The notes: generated from the letters alone by a model not told the origin. A stretch of DNA of 20,000 nt from an uncultured virus (IMG/VR IMGVR_UViG_3300027708_000067) (IMGVR_UViG_3300027708_000067); one strand, 5' to 3'; counted from the stretch's first letter, positions 1 to 9,424 are shown. Numbers and translations are program-made.

Positions 1-3000
1 GAGAAGCCTGAGATACCTGAGAAACCAGAATCACCAGAGAAACCACTGTAACCAGAAATACCGCTGTCACCAGAGAAACCTGAGTCACCAGAGAAACCGC
101 TGTAACCTGAGATACCAGATTGTCCAGAATAACCAGAGAAACCAGAAATACCAGAACCGCTGTAACCAGATTGACCGCTGTAACCACTGATACCAGATCC
201 ACTATAGCCACTGTAGCCAGAGAAACCACTTACACCAGAACCAGAGTAGCCTGAGAAACCTGAGATACCAGAGCCGCTGTAACCAGAGAATCCTGATTCA
301 CCAGAGAAACCGCTGATACCAGAGTCGCCAGAGAAACCTGAGAAGCCACTGTAACCAGAAATTCCAGATGCGCCTGAGAAGCCAGATCGACCGCTGTAGC
401 CAGAGATACCAGATGCACCAGAGAAGCCTGACTCACCAGAGAAGCCACTGTAGCCAGAAATACCAGAGTCACCAGAGAAGCCTGAGAAGCCAGAGTCACC
501 GCTGTAACCAGAAGTACCTACTTCACCAGAGTAACCTGAGAAGCCAGAGATACCAGAACCACTGTAACCAGATTCACCGCTGTAACCAGAGATACCAGAA
601 CCGCTATAACCTGAATATCCAGAGAAACCGCTTACGCCTGATCCAGAATAGCCAGAGAAGCCTGATAGACCAGAGCCAGAGTAACCAGAGAATCCAGATG
701 TACCTGAGAAGCCAGAGATACCAGACGCGCCGGAGAAGCCTGAGATACCGCTATAACCAGATTTACCAGAGAAGCCTGATGTGCCTGAGAAACCACTGTA
801 ACCAGAAATTCCAGAGTCGCCAGAGAAACCTGAGATACCGCTGTAACCAGATGTACCAGTTGCGCCTTGTAAATTAATATCCCATGGATATACACCCGAA
901 CCAGCGTAATTGTTTACGTTGAATGAGAACAAACCTGTTGTTGGGTTGTATGCTGTAACAGTTACGTTGGCATAGTTAAAGGCGTCGTGAGCAATAACCG
1001 CTGTTTGACCAACAGTCCAGCTTAATCCTGTGCCAACAATAATGGCACCAGAAATATCACCTAGAGCAAAGTCGCCGTCTGTACTGGTAGTTGCATACTT
1101 GTCGCTAGCACCAGAAGTACCACTGTAACCAGAGAATCCTGAGATACCAGAGAAGCCTGATGCACCAGAGTAACCAGAGAAGCCGGAGATACCTGAACCA
1201 GAGTAACCAGATTCACCACTGTAACCAGAGATACCAGATCCGCTGTAACCACTGTAACCAGAGAAGCCAGATGTACCGATACCACTGTAACCAGAGAAAC
1301 CAGACAAGCCAGATCCGCTGTAGCCAGAGAAGCCAGACTCACCAGAGAAGCCACTGTAACCAGATTCACCAGAGAAGCCACTATAACCAGATTCACCAGA
1401 GAAGCCAGACGCACCAGATTCACCGCTGTAACCAGAAAAACCAGATTGACCATCTGGGCCTACGATTTGACCAGCGTTAAACCAGTTTGTGCCATTCCAT
1501 ACATACAAATCGCCGTCGGCTGTAACAATGTACGCATCATTAACTTGGTTGCCAATTAATGGTAAGTCGCCTACTGTTGCAACAGTGCCTTTGAGGTTGA
1601 TTGAAGTACCTTGAGCGCCGCTGTAACCAGAGTAGCCTGAGTAACCTGAAGCACCATCAATACCGCTGTAACCAGAAGCGCCATCAATACCGCTGTAACC
1701 AGAGATACCTGAGAAGCCAGAATCACCGCTGTAACCGCTGATACCGGATCCACTGTAACCACTATAGCCTGAGAATCCAGAGATGCCTGAGCCACTGTAG
1801 CCAGAGAAACCGCTTACGCCAGAGCCACTATAGCCAGACTCACCACTGTAACCGCTGATACCGGATCCACTGTAACCGCTGTAGCCTGAGAAGCCAGAAA
1901 TACCAGAAGCACCGGATGCACCAGAGTAGCCAGAGAAGCCAGATAGACCGTCAATACCACTGTAGCCAGAGAAGCCAGAATCGCCTGACCAACCAGAGAT
2001 ACCAGAGTCACCAGAATAACCTGAGATACCAGAGTCACCGCTGTAACCAGAGATGCCTGAAAAGCCAGAGATACCAGACGCGCCTGAGAAGCCAGAGAAA
2101 CCGCTGATACCAGAGAAGCCAGATGTACCTGAGAAACCGCTGTAGCCAGAGATACCAGATCCACTGTAACCAGAGTAACCTGAGAAGCCAGAAATGCCAG
2201 AGCCAGAGTAACCAGAGAAACCACTGATACCAGAACCTGAGTAACCAGACTCACCGCTGTAACCACTTATGCCGCTGCCACTGTAACCACTGTAACCTGA
2301 GAAGCCAGAAATACCGCTGTCGCCAGAGAAACCAGAAATGCCTGAGAATCCGCTGTAACCAGAGATACCAGAATGGCCAGAAAAACCAGAAATGCCTGAG
2401 AAACCGCTGTAACCAGAGATACCAGAGTCGCCTGAGAAACCGCTGATACCAGAATCACCGCTATAGCCTGAGATACCAGAGTCGCCAGAGAAACCTGAGA
2501 AGCCTGAAATGCCAGAAGCTCCAGATTCACCTGAGAAACCGCTGTAGCCAGAGATACCTGATCCACTGTAACCAGAGTAACCTGAGAAGCCGCTAATACC
2601 AGATCCGCTGTAGCCAGAGAAACCGCTAATACCAGATCCGCTGTAGCCAGAGAAACCGCTGTAGCCGCTTACGCCAGATCCGCTGTAACCACTGTATCCA
2701 GAGAAACCAGAAATACCGGAGTCACCAGAGAAACCAGAATCGCCTGAGAAGCCACTGTAACCAGAGATACCAGAATGGCCAGAGAAACCTGAAATACCTG
2801 AGAAACCGCTGTAGCCAGAGATACCAGAGTCGCCAGAGAAACCGCTGATACCAGAATCACCGCTGTAACCAGAAATACCTGAATCACCAGAGAAACCAGA
2901 GAAGCCAGAAATGCCAGAGTGGCCAGAGAAGCCAGATGTACCTGAGAAACCGCTGTAACCAGAGATACCAGATCCGCTGTAGCCAGAATAGCCAGAGAAG

Positions 3001-6000
3001 CCTGAAATGCCAGAACCAGAGTAACCAGAGAAACCTGAGATACCACTACCACTGTAGCCAGATTCACCACTGTAGCCACTAATACCAGAGCCACTGTAAC
3101 CAGAATAACCAGAGAAGCCAGAAAGTCCAGAGTCACCAGAGAAACCTGAGATACCAGAATCACCGCTGTAACCAGAAATACCAGAGTCGCCAGAGAAACC
3201 GGAAATACCAGAATCACCACTGTAACCACTAATACCAGAGTCGCCAGAGAAACCTGAAATACCGCTGTCACCAGAGAAGCCTGAAATACCTGAGAAACCT
3301 GATTCACCTGAGAAACCAGAAAAACCGCTTATGCCAGAGTCGCCCGAGAATCCACTGTAACCTGAGATACCTGAGCCACTATAACCAGAATAGCCAGAGA
3401 AACCAGAAATACCAGATCCGCTGTAACCAGAGAAGCCAGATACACCGCTTCCAGAATAGCCTGAGAAGCCACTATAACCGCTGTCACCGCTTCCGCTGTA
3501 ACCAGAGTAGCCAGAGAAGCCAGAAAGTCCAGAGTCGCCTGAGAAGCCGCTAATGCCGCTAAAACCGCTGTAGCCAGAAATACCAGAGTCACCAGAAAAG
3601 CCAGAATCGCCTGAGAAGCCACTGTAACCAGAGATACCACTGTCGCCAGAAAAACCTGAAATACCGCTGTCACCAGAGTAGCCAGAAATACCAGACGCGC
3701 CTGAGAAACCAGATTCACCAGAGTAACCAGAAATACCTGAATCACCTGAGATACCAGAATCACCAGAGAAGCCGCTGTATCCAGAAATACCAGATCCGCT
3801 GTAGCCAGAATAGCCAGAGAAACCTGAAGTTCCTATTTCACCGCTGTAACCAGAGAAGCCTGATAAGCCAGATCCGCTATAACCAGAGTATCCAGACTCA
3901 CCACTGTAACCAGAATCACCAGAAAAACCTGAGATACCAGAATCACCACTGTAACCAGAGATACCGCTGTCGCCAGAGAAACCAGAGAAGCCTGAGATAC
4001 CAGAATCTCCAGAAATACCGCTGTCACCGCTGTAACCACTGTAACCAGAGTCACCAGAACCGCTGTAACCAGAATAGCCAGAGAAGCCAGATGTACCTAT
4101 GCCGCTGTAACCAGAGAATCCTGATAGACCACTACCAGAATAGCCAGAGAAGCCGCTATAACCAGAAATACCGCTACCACTGTAACCAGAGTAGCCAGAG
4201 AAACCAGAAGTTCCTACTTCACCGCTGTAACCAGAAAAACCTGATTCGCCAGAGAAACCTGAAATACCAGAATCACCACTGTAACCAGAAATACCAGAGT
4301 CACCACTGTAACCACTAATACCACTGTCACCAGAGTAACCAGAATTGCCACTATAACCAGAGTCACCACTGTAACCACTAATACCACTGTCACCAGAGAA
4401 ACCTGAAATACCAGAGTCACCGCTGTAACCAGAAATACCAGAGTCGCCAGAGAAACCGGAAATACCAGAATCTCCACTGTAGCCACTTATACCACTATCA
4501 CCAGAGAAACCGCTGTAACCAGAGAAACCTGATGTACCAGAGCCACCGCCAGAACCTGGCTGACCGCTGTAGCCAGAGAAACCTGACAAACCGTTTTGTC
4601 CGCTATAACCAGACAAGCCATCTTGTCCGCTGTAACCAGAAGCGCCGTCTTGTCCAGAATAACCAGACTCACCACTTAAACCATCTTGACCGCTGTAACC
4701 AGAGAAACCTGATTCACCGTTTTGGCCAGAGAAACCTGAAATACCAGACGCACCGTTTTGTCCAGAGAAGCCTGAGATACCAGATGCACCATCTTGACCG
4801 CTGTAACCAGAAATACCGGAAGCACCATCTTGACCACTGTAACCGGATTGACCATCTTGACCAGAGTAACCAGAGAAACCTGATTCACCATTTTGTCCGG
4901 AGTAACCAGATTCGCCGGATGCACCGTCAATACCGCTGTAACCAGAGAAACCACTTAAACCATCTTGACCTGAATAACCTGATTCACCAGAAAGACCATC
5001 TTGTCCGCTGTAACCAGAGATACCAGATGCACCATCTTGGCCAGAGAAACCTGAAATACCAGATGCACCATCTTGACCACTGTAACCAGAGATACCAGAT
5101 GCACCATCTTGACCAGAGAAACCTGAAATACCAGATGCACCATCTTGACCACTGTAACCAGACTGACCATCTTGACCAGAATATCCAGACTCACCAGATA
5201 AACCGTCTTGTCCACTGTAACCAGATAAACCAGATGCACCATCTTGGCCTGAGAAACCACTTAAGCCATCTTGACCACTGTAACCAGAGAAACCTGATTC
5301 ACCGTTTTGGCCAGAGAAACCTGAGATACCAGACGCGCCATCTTGACCGCTGTAACCAGACTCACCAGACAAACCATTTTGTCCAGAATAGCCAGAGAAA
5401 CCAGAAATACCAGAGTGACCAGAAACACCAGATCCGCTGTAACCAGAAATACCTGAGAAACCAGAGATACCACTGTCACCACTGTAGCCAGAAATACCAG
5501 AGTCGCCAGAAAAACCACTGTAACCAGAAATACCGCTGTCACCAGAGAAACCTGAGAAGCCGCTGTAACCGCTATCACCAGTTGGGCCAACAATTGGACC
5601 TACGTTGGTCCATGCTGCGCCAGTCCATACATACAAGTCACCATTAGATTGAACAATGTATGCGTCATTTAAATTGCCTGTTGGTGGTAAGTCCCCTGGA
5701 GTTGCAACAGTACCAATAATATTAACTGATGTACCTTGCGCACCACTGATACCAGAGAAACCACTGTAACCAGAAATACCAGAGTCACCTGAGAAACCGC
5801 TGATACCAGAATCACCACTGTAGCCAGAGAAGCCTGAGATACCAGAGTCGCCAGAGAAACCTGAGATACCAGAGTCACCACTGTAACCAGAGATACCGCT
5901 ATCACCAGAAAAACCTGAGAAGCCAGACAAGCCATCTTGGCCACTGTAACCAGATTCACCGGACAAACCATTTTGTCCAGAAAAACCAGAAATACCAGAC

Positions 6001-7160
6001 GCACCATCTTGACCGCTGTAACCAGATTGACCAGACAAGCCATCTTGTCCGCTGTAACCACTTAAACCATCTTGACCAGAAAAACCAGAGAAGCCAGACA
6101 ATCCATCTTGTCCACTATAACCAGATTCACCAGATAAACCATTTTGTCCAGAGAAACCAGACTGACCATCTTGACCTGAGAAACCAGAAATACCAGATGC
6201 GCCATCTTGTCCTGAGAAACCAGAAATACCAGATGCACCATTTTGTCCAGAAAAACCAGAGATACCAGATGCGCCGTTTTGACCGCTGTAACCAGAGATA
6301 CCAGATGCGCCGTTTTGACCGCTGTAACCAGATTCGCCAGACAAGCCATCTTGTCCAGAATAACCAGATAATCCAGAAACGCCATCAATACCGCTGTAAC
6401 CAGAAAAACCACTTAAACCATCTTGGCCTGAATAACCAGATTCGCCAGACAAACCATTTTGTCCTGAATAACCTGATTGACCATCTTGACCTGAGAAACC
6501 AGAAATACCAGATGCGCCATCTTGTCCAGAAAAACCAGAAATACCAGATACGCCATCTTGTCCAGAGAAACCTGAGATACCAGATGCGCCATCTTGACCA
6601 CTGTAACCAGATTGACCGCTTAAACCATCTTGACCGCTGTAACCTGATTCACCAGAAACACCATTTTGTCCAGAATAACCTGATGTGCCATCTTGACCAC
6701 TGTAACCAGACAAGCCGTCTTGACCAGAGTAACCAGAGAAACCTGATTCGCCAGTTTGACCGCTATATCCAGAGTAACCAGAAGCAGAAGCTGCGCCAGG
6801 TGCGCCACTATAACCAGAAAAACCTGAGAAACCAGAATCACCAGATACGCCATCTTGACCTGAATAACCAGAGTCACCTGAAACGCCATCTTGACCAGAG
6901 TAACCAGAAAAACCTGATTGACCGTCTTGACCTGAGTAACCAGAGTCACCAGACAAGCCATCTTGACCGCTGTAACCAGATTCACCACTATATCCAGAGT
7001 AACCAGATGCAGAAGCTTGACCATCTTGTCCAGAATAACCAGAAAAACCTGAGAAACCAGATGCGCCGTCTTGACCACTGTAACCAGAGTCACCAGATGC
7101 ACCATCTTGACCGCTGTAACCAGAAAAACCTGAGTAACCAGAAACGCCAGACGTGCCACT
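1..7160 (-). repeat. Degenerate 9-bp coding tandem repeat (GGT-NNN-TCT/AGY) with higher-order duplications
   Basis: The + strand is dominated by ccagagaaa/ccgctgtaa/ccagaaata/ccagagtca units, interrupted by non-repeat blocks at about 858-1109, 1452-1619 and 5583-5741. Confidence 0.95.
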
Positions 7161-7418
7161 ACCACCGCCAGTGGGTGGTTGTAAAGATAAATTGCCAGCA
7201 CCATCGGTGGTCATTACATAACCAGATGTGCCGTCACTTGTTGGGTACGCTAACCCAGTAATTGTAATTTGTGTGCCAGCTGTTAATACGGCATTAACAA
7301 TATTGTTTGGTGTTGCTTTAGTTGTAACTGTACCGCCGTCTGACACTAAAGGCAATACGTCATTATCCGGTGCAACAGTTGTTACCGGAGGCAATTGTGT
7401 TATTTTTATATCTGCCAT
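1..7418 (-). CDS. Giant Gly-X-Ser repeat (collagen-like) fibre protein, 3'-partial, at least 2472 aa
   Basis: ATG at 7418 gives MADIKITQLPPVTTVAPDNDVLPLVSDGGTVTTKATPNNIVNAVLTAG..., then (SGY/SGF/SGI/SGD/QDG)n. The frame was checked by hand at 5700, 1497, 882 and 3 and is the same throughout. The ORF track lists no closed ORF from this ATG, consistent with no stop before the window edge. Confidence 0.9.
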   Translation of the reverse strand, partial: MADIKITQLPPVTTVAPDNDVLPLVSDGGTVTTKATPNNIVNAVLTAGTQITITGLAYPTSDGTSGYVMTTDGAGNLSLQPPTGGGSGTSGVSGYSGFSGYSGQDGASGDSGYSGQDGASGFSGFSGYSGQDGQASASGYSGYSGESGYSGQDGLSGDSGYSGQDGQSGFSGYSGQDGVSGDSGYSGQDGVSGDSGFSGFSGYSGAPGAASASGYSGYSGQTGESGFSGYSGQDGLSGYSGQDGTSGYSGQNGVSGESGYSGQDGLSGQSGYSGQDGASGISGFSGQDGVSGISGFSGQDGASGISGFSGQDGQSGYSGQNGLSGESGYSGQDGLSGFSGYSGIDGVSGLSGYSGQDGLSGESGYSGQNGASGISGYSGQNGASGISGFSGQNGASGISGFSGQDGASGISGFSGQDGQSGFSGQNGLSGESGYSGQDGLSGFSGFSGQDGLSGYSGQDGLSGQSGYSGQDGASGISGFSGQNGLSGESGYSGQDGLSGFSGFSGDSGISGYSGDSGISGFSGDSGISGFSGYSGDSGISGFSGDSGISGYSGFSGISGAQGTSVNIIGTVATPGDLPPTGNLNDAYIVQSNGDLYVWTGAAWTNVGPIVGPTGDSGYSGFSGFSGDSGISGYSGFSGDSGISGYSGDSGISGFSGISGYSGSGVSGHSGISGFSGYSGQNGLSGESGYSGQDGASGISGFSGQNGESGFSGYSGQDGLSGFSGQDGASGLSGYSGQDGLSGESGYSGQDGQSGYSGQDGASGISGFSGQDGASGISGYSGQDGASGISGFSGQDGASGISGYSGQDGLSGESGYSGQDGLSGFSGYSGIDGASGESGYSGQNGESGFSGYSGQDGQSGYSGQDGASGISGYSGQDGASGISGFSGQNGASGISGFSGQNGESGFSGYSGQDGLSGESGYSGQDGASGYSGQDGLSGYSGQNGLSGFSGYSGQPGSGGGSGTSGFSGYSGFSGDSGISGYSGDSGISGFSGDSGISGYSGDSGISGFSGDSGISGYSGDSGYSGNSGYSGDSGISGYSGDSGISGYSGDSGISGFSGESGFSGYSGEVGTSGFSGYSGYSGSGISGYSGFSGYSGSGLSGFSGYSGIGTSGFSGYSGYSGSGDSGYSGYSGDSGISGDSGISGFSGFSGDSGISGYSGDSGISGFSGDSGYSGESGYSGYSGSGLSGFSGYSGEIGTSGFSGYSGYSGSGISGYSGFSGDSGISGDSGISGYSGESGFSGASGISGYSGDSGISGFSGDSGISGYSGFSGDSGFSGDSGISGYSGFSGISGFSGDSGLSGFSGYSGYSGSGDSGYSGFSGYSGSGVSGFSGYSGSGISGFSGYSGYSGSGISGYSGFSGDSGISGFSGFSGESGFSGISGFSGDSGISGFSGDSGISGYSGDSGISGFSGDSGISGYSGDSGISGFSGDSGLSGFSGYSGYSGSGISGYSGESGYSGSGISGFSGYSGSGISGFSGYSGYSGSGISGYSGFSGTSGFSGHSGISGFSGFSGDSGISGYSGDSGISGFSGDSGISGYSGFSGISGFSGHSGISGYSGFSGDSGFSGDSGISGFSGYSGYSGSGVSGYSGFSGYSGSGISGFSGYSGSGISGFSGYSGYSGSGISGYSGFSGESGASGISGFSGFSGDSGISGYSGDSGISGFSGDSGISGYSGFSGISGFSGHSGISGYSGFSGISGFSGDSGISGFSGYSGYSGSGISGYSGESGYSGSGISGFSGYSGSGISGFSGYSGYSGSGISGYSGFSGTSGFSGISGFSGFSGASGISGFSGISGYSGDSGISGYSGDSGISGWSGDSGFSGYSGIDGLSGFSGYSGASGASGISGFSGYSGYSGSGISGYSGESGYSGSGVSGFSGYSGSGISGFSGYSGYSGSGISGYSGDSGFSGISGYSGIDGASGYSGIDGASGYSGYSGYSGAQGTSINLKGTVATVGDLPLIGNQVNDAYIVTADGDLYVWNGTNWFNAGQIVGPDGQSGFSGYSGESGASGFSGESGYSGFSGESGYSGFSGESGFSGYSGSGLSGFSGYSGIGTSGFSGYSGYSGSGISGYSGESGYSGSGISGFSGYSGASGFSGISGFSGYSGTSGASDKYATTSTDGDFALGDISGAIIVGTGLSWTVGQTAVIAHDAFNYANVTVTAYNPTTGLFSFNVNNYAGSGVYPWDINLQGATGTSGYSGISGFSGDSGISGYSGFSGTSGFSGKSGYSGISGFSGASGISGFSGTSGFSGYSGSGLSGFSGYSGSGVSGFSGYSGYSGSGISGYSGESGYSGSGISGFSGYSGEVGTSGYSGDSGFSGFSGDSGISGYSGFSGESGFSGASGISGYSGRSGFSGASGISGYSGFSGFSGDSGISGFSGESGFSGYSGSGISGFSGYSGSGVSGFSGYSGYSGSGISGYSGQSGYSGSGISGFSGYSGQSGISGYSGFSGDSGFSGDSGISGYSGFSGDSGFSGISGF

Positions 7419-7419
7419 A

Positions 7420-7620
7420 TTAATTTGTCACCAATAAGTCGTTATTTTGGGTGGCGATAATGTCGCCAAATTGTGTAATGATGTATAAGCCTGTTTCATA
7501 CGGGGGCGCATAACTAGTAAAAATTGTGCCACCACCAATACCGTAAAGTGCAATTACTTGAATAGCTTGTCCGCTACTCGTATTTACTCGATCAACTACT
7601 CCTGCAGATCCAATAGCCAT
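7420..7620 (-). CDS. 66-aa small virion protein, putative fibre adaptor
   Basis: Tightly packed ORF (2-nt gap upstream, 1-nt gap downstream). C-terminal IITQFGDIIATQNNDLLVT has a duplicated hydrophobic-T-Q-x-G/N-D motif. Confidence 0.7.
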   Translation of the reverse strand: MAIGSAGVVDRVNTSSGQAIQVIALYGIGGGTIFTSYAPPYETGLYIITQFGDIIATQNNDLLVTN

Positions 7621-7622
7621 GG

Positions 7623-8696
7623 TTAGAAACCACCACCAAAAATACCAGATATTGCGGTAATAGTTGTTCCTGTAATTGCTGCAGGTGTTGTGTTGCCAAT
7701 TACTGGTGGGCTTGATAAATCAAGTGTACCACCTAATGTTAAATTACCAGTTGAAGTTACAGTGCCAGACAAAGTTATTCCATTAACTGTTCCTGCGCCA
7801 CTAACTGATGTTACTGAACCAATACCGCTGTATCCTGAATATCCGCTTGTTCCGCTTCCGCTGTAACCAGATATACCAGAATCACCACTGTAACCACTTG
7901 TACCAGAAAAGCCACTATAGCCAGATATACCAGAGTCACCACTGTAACCGCTTACGCCGCTTCCACTATAACCAGAGATACCACTATCGCCACTGTAACC
8001 AGAAATACCAGAAAAGCCACTGTAGCCAGATTCACCTGAGAAGCCACTATAGCCACTAAAGCTTGAGTAGCCACTGTATCCAGAAAAACCGCTATAACCA
8101 GATGTGCCAGAGTAGCCGCTTACGCCACTTCCGCTGTAACCAGAGATACCAGATCCACTATAGCCCGATATACCAGAAAAACCGCTGTAACCAGAAGTGC
8201 CAGAAAAGCCACTGTAGCCACTAAAGCTTGAGTAACCACTGTAACCAGAAAAACCACTGCGACCAGAATAACCTGAGTAGCCAGAAAAACCTGAAATACC
8301 ACTTCCGCTGTAACCAGAGATACCGCTTCCGCTGTATCCTGAATATCCCGAAGCGCCATCACTGCCAACATATCCAGAAGCACCTGAATAACCAGAGTAA
8401 CCAGAGATGGTGTACTGAATCCAAGGTGAAGATGGTAACTGTCCTGTTGCAACAGCAATCAATTGATTAGTTATATTGTAAACAATACGACCTTCAGCTT
8501 TACCAACTGTGTTTAACGCAGAAGTTGGATCTGCAATGTCGCTTGATGTTACATTTTGCAACACAGCCAAGTTTGCTAAGTTAGCAATGTCTTGTATCTG
8601 AGTTTGTTTTGTGATACCACGTTGGACGACAACAGCCAGCTCATTACCTGTTAGAGCTGTTGCTACTGGTAGTTGCGATATACTTTGATCGGCCAT
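7623..8696 (-). CDS. 357-aa fibre-like protein with central SGY/SGF repeats
   Basis: N-terminus MADQSISQLPVATALTGNELAVVVQRGITKQ resembles the N-terminus of the giant ORF. About 190 aa of Gly-X-Ser repeats are followed by a G/T-rich C-terminus (GSVTSVSGAGTVNGITLSGTVT) typical of phage fibre proteins. Confidence 0.85.
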   Translation of the reverse strand: MADQSISQLPVATALTGNELAVVVQRGITKQTQIQDIANLANLAVLQNVTSSDIADPTSALNTVGKAEGRIVYNITNQLIAVATGQLPSSPWIQYTISGYSGYSGASGYVGSDGASGYSGYSGSGISGYSGSGISGFSGYSGYSGRSGFSGYSGYSSFSGYSGFSGTSGYSGFSGISGYSGSGISGYSGSGVSGYSGTSGYSGFSGYSGYSSFSGYSGFSGESGYSGFSGISGYSGDSGISGYSGSGVSGYSGDSGISGYSGFSGTSGYSGDSGISGYSGSGTSGYSGYSGIGSVTSVSGAGTVNGITLSGTVTSTGNLTLGGTLDLSSPPVIGNTTPAAITGTTITAISGIFGGGF

Positions 8697-8699
8697 GGT

Positions 8700-9098
8700 T
8701 TACGTAATAATATCGCCAGGTTCGCCAGCGGTTGTAGCTTTTTCTTTTGTTTGAGTAATAAATACTGAGTTGCGACCAGGGTTGTTTGGTTGACGTACAA
8801 GCTGCCCGGGAGGGCTGTCAATCGGACCAGTTGGTGCGTCGCCAGTAACAATCTGCTGACCACCAATTGGGCCTGTAGCAACACTGACGTCTGGGCGCGG
8901 GAAGCGCAACGCAATATTTTCTGTTTGTATGGCGGGTAAACGCCATGGGTCAAAATTATCTTTATCTTCTGCACATACTCGCATCCCTGGAAAGTTGGGA
9001 TCGGGCATTAAATCTACATAAGCAAACTTGCGCGAACATCTGTCACATATTGCTACGGACAGTACGCTGTTACCTCGAGTATCAAGGTAGACAGGCAT
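8700..9098 (-). CDS. 132-aa hypothetical virion protein with Cys motif (CDRC...RVC)
   Basis: ORF packed 2-3 nt from both neighbours; AICDRC-x19-RVC motif; Pro-rich C-terminus. Confidence 0.75.
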   Translation of the reverse strand: MPVYLDTRGNSVLSVAICDRCSRKFAYVDLMPDPNFPGMRVCAEDKDNFDPWRLPAIQTENIALRFPRPDVSVATGPIGGQQIVTGDAPTGPIDSPPGQLVRQPNNPGRNSVFITQTKEKATTAGEPGDIIT

Positions 9099-9100
9099 GA

Positions 9101-9424
9101 TTAACCTTTAACGCCAGATTGCAGTAATGTTAATGTTGCTGTACCAGTTCCGGCAGTAACATTTAATCGAATGGTAGCAACAGCAAATGCAAAGTTGCCA
9201 GATTGATTAGAGTTTTTTGAAGTTAAATCAGGATGGTTGTACCAAGTTGCGTTGCTGGGGGTGTAGTCTTGAGTAAACGGATTATCAAACGAATACTGTA
9301 CAGAATATGTTACCGAGCCAGACACAACAATTCCAAGACCCACGTTAAATGGGTTTTGGTATTGGTCCATTGGAACTGGAGCGGTTGCCCCAACTCCAGT
9401 TTGTGATACGGTTATTGCTCTCAT
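9101..9424 (-). CDS. 107-aa hypothetical, beta-rich putative structural protein
   Basis: GGAG Shine-Dalgarno-like sequence upstream; T/V/S/G-rich alternating beta pattern; position in the structural cluster. Confidence 0.75.
   Translation of the reverse strand: MRAITVSQTGVGATAPVPMDQYQNPFNVGLGIVVSGSVTYSVQYSFDNPFTQDYTPSNATWYNHPDLTSKNSNQSGNFAFAVATIRLNVTAGTGTATLTLLQSGVKG

Noticed and set aside
1..7160. Ice-nucleation protein (InaZ-like)
   Set aside because: Similar G/Y/S composition, but no AGYGSTxT octapeptide or 16-residue periodicity and no TxT motifs; the period here is 3.
1..7160. CRISPR array, satellite or DGR template/variable repeat
   Set aside because: No constant repeat with unique spacers; variation is codon-structured; no cas or reverse transcriptase gene in the window and no adenine-specific mismatch pattern noticed.
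230..7261. Dozens of LV/SQ-rich (minus) and NQR/HC-rich (plus) ORFs in the track
   Set aside because: They are shadow frames of the 9-bp repeat; the real gene is the uninterrupted third minus-strand frame starting at 7418.
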